Below are positions 57,971-64,000 of a stretch of DNA of 64,000 nucleotides, piece after piece; positions within the stretch are counted from its first letter, which is position 1, and each line of letters opens with the position of its first letter. The position numbers and the translations under genes are program-made. Source of the stretch: Verrucomicrobiia bacterium (GTDB lineage: Bacteria; Verrucomicrobiota; Verrucomicrobiia; Limisphaerales; UBA1319); contig OY760937.1 in assembly GCA_963664225.1 (NCBI GenBank), positions 1,888,001 through 1,952,000 on the forward strand, given 5' to 3'. The notes beneath the pieces are model-generated. The model worked only from the letters and a program-made list of their open reading frames with translations, was not told where the DNA came from and did no database searches.

Positions 57971-58632
57971 CGCACCACCTCCGGAAACTGGCCCTCCAAT
58001 GTGAACAGTACAAAGGTGCGGCCCGCCTCGGCAGGATCGATCTGCGGTTGGGCCCGCGCGGTCAATCGCAGACAGTTCTCATTGGTGAGATACTTCTTGA
58101 GCAACGAATTATCCAGCATCCTTTTCTTGAATATATCGATGGTCTCCCCGCTGGACGGACCGTAGTCTCTCGCATCGATCACCATGCTGATGTTCTCCCT
58201 GGATGTTGCGGGTTTGCCCTTGACGCCTTCCTTGGCTTTGACTGCGGGTGTCAGAACATAAGTTTGTTTGGTCCGAAGACTGACCAGTTGAACATTCTCA
58301 ACTGTGCTGAATTGAAGAGCGTCCAAAAATGATCCCCACAACATCCGGTTGGTCGCCAGATCATTGAGGGCGTCGAGTTTCTGGGTGATTTCGCGGATCC
58401 GGTTCAAATTCGTGGTCACGTTGCTGTTGGTTGCTTCCAGAGAGTGCCATCGCATGTCCAGCGAGGCCGCCTCCGATTCCGCAGCCCAGCACTTGAGCCA
58501 AATGCCAAGGCTCCAGATCAGGACCACCGCCACCGCAAAGCCCGCGAGCCATACCGCGCGCTTGACGGGATCCCGCAAGCGCATTTCCTGGGCCAGTTGC
58601 TGCTCCGCGAGCAAGTTGATGCGTATCGCCAT
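57967..58632 (-). CDS. PilN-like protein
   Basis: MAIRINLL (INLL PilM-binding motif), TM, coiled coil, W..FLDAL; start ATG 58632. Confidence 0.85.
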   Translation of the reverse strand: MAIRINLLAEQQLAQEMRLRDPVKRAVWLAGFAVAVVLIWSLGIWLKCWAAESEAASLDMRWHSLEATNSNVTTNLNRIREITQKLDALNDLATNRMLWGSFLDALQFSTVENVQLVSLRTKQTYVLTPAVKAKEGVKGKPATSRENISMVIDARDYGPSSGETIDIFKKRMLDNSLLKKYLTNENCLRLTARAQPQIDPAEAGRTFVLFTLEGQFPEVVR

Positions 58633-58634
58633 AA

Positions 58635-59705
58635 CTAAAAAGCCGACAATGCGGCCCCAATCGCCACCGCAAGATCCGCGGTTGCCTGCTCGAATTCCAT
58701 GCGCTGCTGGGCTGAAAGTGCAAGCTCCAATCCCAGCACACCGGCGGGATTCCAGCTCTTGCATGGAACCATGAGTTCTGTTTGCAGCACCTGAAGCACG
58801 AACTCCGACCGCGCCGCCGCGCCGGATACCAGCACCTGGGTCACGGTCTTGTCCTGCTGATGCTCATAAAAATCGATGGAAGCCCTGAGTTCCCGGCCAA
58901 TTGGCGCGAGCAGAGGTTGAAGCGTCGATTCGACATCCTGCGGCATGCCCACCTTGATGCCCTCGGCCTCGGCATAAGTGATGTTCATCATGTCCGCCAG
59001 GCTCGCCGTCAATTTGTCTCCTCCCAGCGCGACCACCCGGTTGAGCATCAATTCCCCACGCTCAAGTATGTTGATCGACGAATGTCGGAAGCCCAAATCC
59101 ACCAATGCGATCACTTCCTTTTGAAAAATCTCCGGCTGGGCGATCTCCAAGGCGTTGGGCGGTCCGATCAGGTTGGGGACCACCATCTCCAGCGTCACTC
59201 CCGCCAACCGCGCAGCCGCCTGTAATTCGTCCAGATATGGCCGTCGCGCCCCCCCCACAATCACCTTGCATTTGGCCGGCATCTTGCCTGTTTCAGGCCC
59301 CGGAACGACCGCCTTGGGCGGCAGCGCGACACAGTCGAAAACATAGTCGGGCAAATCCTGCTGCAAATAACTTTTCGGATTCAGCTTGAGCATCGTCCGC
59401 ATGTCAGAAACCGGAACCAGCGGCATCTCAGTATGCCGCATGAGCGATTCGCCCACATCCATCGCCAGCACAGCCTGTTTGGTGCGCCCCCCCAGGCTTT
59501 GCATCACTTTGCGCAAATGCTCACCCAGCACCTCGCGCGGAATCCCTGACTCGGAGATCGGAGTTGGTTGAATCGTGAAACTCAGAAGCGCGTAGCCCTC
59601 TCCCCGGCGCTGCAAATGAATGGCCTTGGTGGCATGCGCGCCCAGATCGATAGCGGCGATCTGTTCACGCCTCTTGGGTTTAACGCTGAATCCTGAAAAG
59701 GCCAT
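58635..59705 (-). CDS. pilM: PilM-like actin-fold assembly protein
   Basis: AIDLGAHATK, DYVFDC, ALVDLGFRHS, LGGDKLT, AEAEGIK, ELRASIDFY, VSGAAA, AVAIGAAL. Confidence 0.92.
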   Translation of the reverse strand: MAFSGFSVKPKRREQIAAIDLGAHATKAIHLQRRGEGYALLSFTIQPTPISESGIPREVLGEHLRKVMQSLGGRTKQAVLAMDVGESLMRHTEMPLVPVSDMRTMLKLNPKSYLQQDLPDYVFDCVALPPKAVVPGPETGKMPAKCKVIVGGARRPYLDELQAAARLAGVTLEMVVPNLIGPPNALEIAQPEIFQKEVIALVDLGFRHSSINILERGELMLNRVVALGGDKLTASLADMMNITYAEAEGIKVGMPQDVESTLQPLLAPIGRELRASIDFYEHQQDKTVTQVLVSGAAARSEFVLQVLQTELMVPCKSWNPAGVLGLELALSAQQRMEFEQATADLAVAIGAALSAF

Positions 59706-59814
59706 GATTGATTAGTTCTTCATTTCGCAGTAAACACTTTGACCGCACCCCGGCCCCAAATAGTCATCCTGTCATTCAATTCTGGAAACCCCTTCCCACG
59801 CTGTATGAAGGCAT

Positions 59815-59843
59815 ACCGTATTGGTTTGGGTTTTTACTGTCAA
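59815..59843 (-). promoter_or_regulatory. Candidate sigma70 promoter for the pilM operon
   Basis: TTGACA-17 nt-TACGGT on minus strand, with an AT-rich tract upstream. Confidence 0.55.
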
Positions 59844-59998
59844 GTTTACAATTATTAATTTTAATCAGACAGACTCCCGGCTTTTTACGTTCTTGGCGCA
59901 CAACCCCACTCCCTGCATTATCGCAACCGGCACGGACACCAATCGATCCGGCCGCACTCCCTTGCAGGTTGTGCCATTTATTCGATGTGTCCTTCGCA

Positions 59999-60014
59999 AG
60001 CAAGTGTAATGCCA
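59999..60014 (-). promoter_or_regulatory. Candidate sigma54 (-24/-12) promoter oriented toward the pilM operon
   Basis: TGGCATTACACTTGCT = TGGCA-N6-TTGC with correct GG-N10-GC spacing. Confidence 0.7.
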
Positions 60015-60204
60015 TAGCGAAAGCCCCTGTCTGTTAGCAATATGCCCAGCCGCACGTTGTCTTATTTGTGGAATCGTGTCCACAAAATCCGGTCGCTCGC
60101 AGGGAGCTCTGCGATCTCCCGCAAAGTTGCGCCTCGGATTATTTTTTCTCATTTCTTTTTCGCAATCATGAGAAACATTAGCTCAAAATCAGCGCAGATT
60201 TTTT

Positions 60205-60232
60205 TTGACAGGCAACGATTATTTGTTAAATT
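60205..60232 (+). promoter_or_regulatory. Candidate sigma70 promoter for cysK
   Basis: TTGACA-16 nt-TAAATT with TG extended -10. Confidence 0.5.
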
Positions 60233-60474
60233 ACGACAAGATTGATCGTTTATAGATTGTTGCCCGGCGATTTCCTGAACAAACTTGGGAATCGGATCAT
60301 GCGTCTTGCGCACGAATCATGCGAAGCGAATAAAGCTGGGATTAATTAACGACAACTCGAATCGACTTTACAGATTGCCTGAGGCGTCTTGGACGGGATT
60401 TTCGCGCCGTAGATTGGGATCTCCACGTCTGGCGGGAATTGGATAAATCGGTATAGTAAACGAAAAGGAAAAAT

Positions 60475-61434
60475 ATGGCACATATTTACAACGACATCAC
60501 CGAAACCATAGGCAATACTCCCCTGGTTCGGCTCAACCGCACCGCCCGCAAACATGGCGCCGTGGCGGAGATCCTCCTCAAGCTCGAGTTTTTCAACCCG
60601 CTCTCCAGCGTCAAGGACCGCATCGGCGTGGCCATGATTGATGCCGCCACCAAGGCCGGACTCATCAAGGCCGACACCGTCTTGATCGAACCGACCAGCG
60701 GAAACACAGGCATCGCCCTGGCCTTTGTAGCAGCCGCCCGGGGACTGAAGCTCATTCTCACAATGCCCGAAACGATGACGGCGGAACGCAAAAAGCTCCT
60801 GAAAATTCTTGGCGCAAAGCTCATCCTCACCGAGGGCGCCAAAGGAATGAAGGGCGCGATTGCCAAAGCCGAGGAACTTCGCGCGAAAATTCCCAACAGC
60901 ATCATCCTCCAGCAATTCTCCAATCCAGCCAATCCCGAGATTCACCGAAAGACCACCGCCGAGGAAATTTGGCGCGATACCGATGGAAAAGTGGACTTCC
61001 TCGTCGCGGGCATTGGCACGGGCGGCACCATCACCGGCGTCTCCGAAGTCATCAAATCGCGCAAACCCTCATTTAAATCCATTGCCGTGGAACCGGCAGG
61101 CTCCCCGGTCCTTTCAGGTGGCAAGCCCGGTCCCCATAAGCTCCAGGGCTTGGGCGCGGGATTCGTCCCCGATGTGCTCAACACCAAAATCCTCGACGAA
61201 ATCATTCAGGTAAAAGAGGAGGATTCCGGCCCCATCTCCAAAGAGGTCAACCAACTCGACGGCATCCCCGTGGGCATCTCGAGCGGAGCAGCCATTTGGG
61301 CCGCCCTGCAACTGGCAAAACGCCCCGAGAATAAAGGAAAACAAATCGTCGTCATCGTCCCCTCCTCCACAGAACGCTACCTCAGTTCCTGGCTCTTCGC
61401 CGATGTGAACATCGAAAGCGACAGCGCGGATTAA
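60475..61434 (+). CDS. cysK: Cysteine synthase A
   Basis: [72 protein letters not shown]. Confidence 0.98.
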   Translation: MAHIYNDITETIGNTPLVRLNRTARKHGAVAEILLKLEFFNPLSSVKDRIGVAMIDAATKAGLIKADTVLIEPTSGNTGIALAFVAAARGLKLILTMPETMTAERKKLLKILGAKLILTEGAKGMKGAIAKAEELRAKIPNSIILQQFSNPANPEIHRKTTAEEIWRDTDGKVDFLVAGIGTGGTITGVSEVIKSRKPSFKSIAVEPAGSPVLSGGKPGPHKLQGLGAGFVPDVLNTKILDEIIQVKEEDSGPISKEVNQLDGIPVGISSGAAIWAALQLAKRPENKGKQIVVIVPSSTERYLSSWLFADVNIESDSAD

Positions 61435-61456
61435 CCGCCTTCGCCGTTTAATTGCG

Positions 61457-61487
61457 ATGGAACGGCCCGTTTTTCGGGCCGTTCCAT
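61457..61487. terminator. Perfect inverted repeat after cysK (terminator or RNA-stability hairpin)
   Basis: ATGGAACGGCCCG-TTTTT-CGGGCCGTTCCAT; no clear U-tract. Confidence 0.55.
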
Positions 61488-61582
61488 GAGCTTTGGCCCC
61501 TCCAAGCGCGCCTCATGGCGCCTGCTTGCATTCTTCCTTTGCCTTGCATTTCCCCTCGCATGGCACTCTATTGGTTACGGTC

Positions 61583-62074
61583 ATGATTAGTTTATGGTTT
61601 AAACGATTGCTTCCGGCATTGGTGTGGTCCGCGCTGATTTTCATCGGCTCCACCGATATGCTTTCGTCCAGCAACACCTCCCGGTGGCTTGTCCCCATCA
61701 TCCAGTGGGTACACCCAGGCATCAGCAATCTGGAACTCAAGCGCACCATGACGCTCATCCGCAAGGGGGGCCATGTCACCGAATACGCGATTCTCGCCAT
61801 CCTTTTATGGCGCGCCATCCCCAGGGACTCCGTCTCCGGCACGACCAAATCATTATGGCGATGGCCCGATGCCGCGATCACGCAAGGGGCCTGCGCCTTT
61901 TTCGCCATGTCCGATGAGTATCACCAATCCTTCTTCCCCTCACGCACGGCTGCATCCAGGGACGTGTTGATCGATATCGTCGGAGCGGCCATCGGCCTGA
62001 CGGTCGTTTGGTTCCTTTGTCGGCCCGGGAAAAAACGCCCCCAGCTCGTACCCATCTCCCAACCGTCAGCATAA
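61583..62074 (+). CDS. VanZ family membrane protein
   Basis: LIFIGST, IRKGGHVTEYAIL, DEYHQSFFPSR.AS.RDVLID..GA. Confidence 0.92.
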   Translation: MISLWFKRLLPALVWSALIFIGSTDMLSSSNTSRWLVPIIQWVHPGISNLELKRTMTLIRKGGHVTEYAILAILLWRAIPRDSVSGTTKSLWRWPDAAITQGACAFFAMSDEYHQSFFPSRTAASRDVLIDIVGAAIGLTVVWFLCRPGKKRPQLVPISQPSA

Positions 62075-62093
62075 AGACCAACCGTATTGCGGC

Positions 62094-62606
62094 ATGGCAA
62101 CGCCCCACAAAATTTCCACTCTGCTTTACGGATTCAACGACCAGGACGAAATACTTCTGCTCCACCGCAATCGCCCTCCCAATCAGGGCCTGTGGAGTCC
62201 CTGCGGTGGAAAATTGAACACGGGCGGTGGTGAATCCCCGCATGCCTGTGCCTGCCGCGAAGCCTTTGAAGAGGCCGGGTTGCACCTCAAACCGACCGAT
62301 CTGCATCTGACAGGCCTGGTCAGCGAATATGGCTACGAAGGCCAGGCCCACTGGCTCATGTTCCTTTTCGAGATCAAACCCCGCCTCCATGCCCTGCCCC
62401 CGCCGCATGACGAAGGCGCCTTTGGCTTTTTCTCAAAAGCGGCCTTGATCAACCTGGCCCTGCCACCCACGGATCGCGACTTCATCTGGGCCCTGTTCTG
62501 GCGCAACCGTGGCGGATTCTTTGCCGCGCACTGCCACTGTCATGCGGAAGGCCATTTCACATGGACGCTGGAGCAAGGCTTTGCTCCTGAAAAATACGCG
62601 CTGTAA
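62094..62606 (+). CDS. NUDIX hydrolase
   Basis: GGKLNTGGGESPHACACREAFEEAGL Nudix box. Confidence 0.92.
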   Translation: MATPHKISTLLYGFNDQDEILLLHRNRPPNQGLWSPCGGKLNTGGGESPHACACREAFEEAGLHLKPTDLHLTGLVSEYGYEGQAHWLMFLFEIKPRLHALPPPHDEGAFGFFSKAALINLALPPTDRDFIWALFWRNRGGFFAAHCHCHAEGHFTWTLEQGFAPEKYAL

Positions 62607-62658
62607 TCTCGGAGTCTGGTTCCTTTGGCGATAAATAATTAATCGGCGGCTTAAAGCT

Positions 62659-63549
62659 TCATTTCCTGCGGACGCACCGGTAGCCGTTTGAATCCATGGT
62701 CAGGCACACATCTGTCTGACCCGCCTCATCGCAATTTCGAATCCAGGATGTGCAACTGCCCGCGCTGCTGGACCACGCGCCCCCTCGGAGCACCCGCTTT
62801 TCGCCTTGCTTGGGACCGCGCGGATTGTCACCAGGACTTTCCCGATAATACTTCACTCCGTAAAAGTCGTTGCACCATTCCCACACATTGCCTGACATGT
62901 CGTATAACCCCCAGCCATTGGGCTTCCTCTGGCCGACCGGATGGGGCTTGGACTGGGAATTTCCGTCAAACCAGGCGAAGGATTTCAGCTCCTCGGGAAC
63001 GTCCCCAAAATAGAAGGGAGTGCTGCTGCCCGCCCGGCACGCATATTCCCACTCCGCTTCGGTGGGTAGCCGGTATCCACTGGCCGAAAAATCGCACTCC
63101 CAGTTGTTCGTGTCATAGCAGGGCTTCAAACCCTCCTGAACAGAACGCGCGTTGCAGAACTTCACCGCAGCCGACCATGTGACCTGCTCAACTGGATTCT
63201 TGGGATTCTTGCGCCGGGATGGATTTGTGCCAGTCACCTTCTCGTAAACTTCCTGCGTGATCTCATACTGATCCATGAGAAAACCATCCAATTTCACCTC
63301 GTGCGCCGGTTTCGCGTCGATGGGCCCCTCTTTCACTCCCATGGTGAATTGACCCGCAGGCACGGAAACCATGTCCATGCCGCACGCAGTCTTGATCAGT
63401 TGAGTGGCGACCGGTTGGGACTCTCCGGTTTGGCGATCGCAGCCGTTGAAGACACCGATCACCAGAAGTGCGACGAACAGCTTTCCAGCCGAGCCGAACA
63501 ATCCATTGTGAATCTGTTTGTTTGAATTCATACCTGTAGGTGCTCCCAT
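62659..63549 (-). CDS. SUMF1/FGE-domain protein, probable lipoprotein
   Basis: VFNGC lipobox-like, GQFTMG, YRLPTEAEWEYACRAG, GLYDMSGNVWEW, RVLRGGAW, GYRC; TAATG coupling to upstream gene. Confidence 0.92.
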   Translation of the reverse strand: MGAPTGMNSNKQIHNGLFGSAGKLFVALLVIGVFNGCDRQTGESQPVATQLIKTACGMDMVSVPAGQFTMGVKEGPIDAKPAHEVKLDGFLMDQYEITQEVYEKVTGTNPSRRKNPKNPVEQVTWSAAVKFCNARSVQEGLKPCYDTNNWECDFSASGYRLPTEAEWEYACRAGSSTPFYFGDVPEELKSFAWFDGNSQSKPHPVGQRKPNGWGLYDMSGNVWEWCNDFYGVKYYRESPGDNPRGPKQGEKRVLRGGAWSSSAGSCTSWIRNCDEAGQTDVCLTMDSNGYRCVRRK

Positions 63550-64000
63550 TACAGCTCAAAGAAATACAAGGTGCGACGTGATTCCCAACGGGTAGGCTGC
63601 CGCAGGACCGCGCGCGATTGATCCCAAATATATTTGGCGATCACCGCCTTTTCAGGCGAATCACCACATTTTAACGCCGCTGTTTGGGAAAGCCTCATGA
63701 CCAGCCGATTGTAACGGCGGCAAATATCATCCTGCGACCCGGCAGTGCCTCTGACGTCAAGATTGCCACAATCGAAGCCGTCTCCTTTGCCCTCCAGCAA
63801 TAGCTTCTTCATGGCCTCGATTTTCTTTTCCACTGAAGGAAGGGGCGTGGCATAAATCTCCTCGGATTGAGCCTGAGCCCCGGCGACCATCCCTTCCAAC
63901 TCGGCGATATAATCTTTCACTTCAGGATGGGCTTTCTTTTCGCTCGCAAGGTAGTCCTTCATCTGCGTGAAGAAGGTTCCGTATTGATCCACGCGACCGC
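63549..64000 (-). CDS. Hypothetical protein, C-terminal part (5' truncated by window edge)
   Basis: Open frame to the window edge; helical and Cys-containing; stop overlaps start of the SUMF1 gene. Confidence 0.7.
   Translation of the reverse strand, partial: GRVDQYGTFFTQMKDYLASEKKAHPEVKDYIAELEGMVAGAQAQSEEIYATPLPSVEKKIEAMKKLLLEGKGDGFDCGNLDVRGTAGSQDDICRRYNRLVMRLSQTAALKCGDSPEKAVIAKYIWDQSRAVLRQPTRWESRRTLYFFEL

Noticed and set aside
59963..59976. Second sigma54-like site TGGCACAACCTGCA (minus strand)
   Set aside because: GG-N8-GC spacing is wrong; better explained as the 5' arm of the RNA hairpin.
60250..60474. SAM riboswitch or T-box in the long cysK leader
   Set aside because: No recognisable SAM-I core or T-box motif by eye; an Rfam scan would be needed.
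62659..62800. DGR variable region in the SUMF1/CLec-fold C-terminus
   Set aside because: No template repeat or reverse transcriptase seen in the window.

Overview
GC-rich bacterial chromosomal window, most consistent with Verrucomicrobiota subdivision 3 (Pedosphaera/Limisphaera-like). That assignment is inferred from the H-X9-DG prepilin-like genes, DUF1080 proteins, large secreted proteins and REP-like repeats. About 48 plausible CDSs were found. They include housekeeping genes (hisF, hisI, trpE, recG, ppx, cysK, corA, lemA), several two-component proteins, a polysaccharide-export block (OM beta-barrel, Wzc, short Wza, FHA) next to a GT-C gene and a sigma54 two-component pair, and many secreted proteins. 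The most striking locus is 44.4-60.0 kb. There a pilMNOP-secretin operon, preceded by a sigma54 consensus and a structured leader, runs directly into three large paralogous secreted proteins built as NHL propeller / cohesin-like / split dockerin-like / cohesin-like / Ca-binding repeat / C-terminal [FY]YRV domain. The same [FY]YRV domain ends three other unrelated secreted proteins in the window, so it is a candidate sorting signal. Other oddities are a voltage-gated channel with filter TTAGGSD instead of TTVGYGD, a YchF homologue lacking most of its G-domain, a degenerate histidine kinase, and strong Thr-Asn enrichment in exported proteins. No rRNA, tRNA, CRISPR array, integrase or transposase was recognised. 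All domain calls are by eye from motifs, with no database searches.
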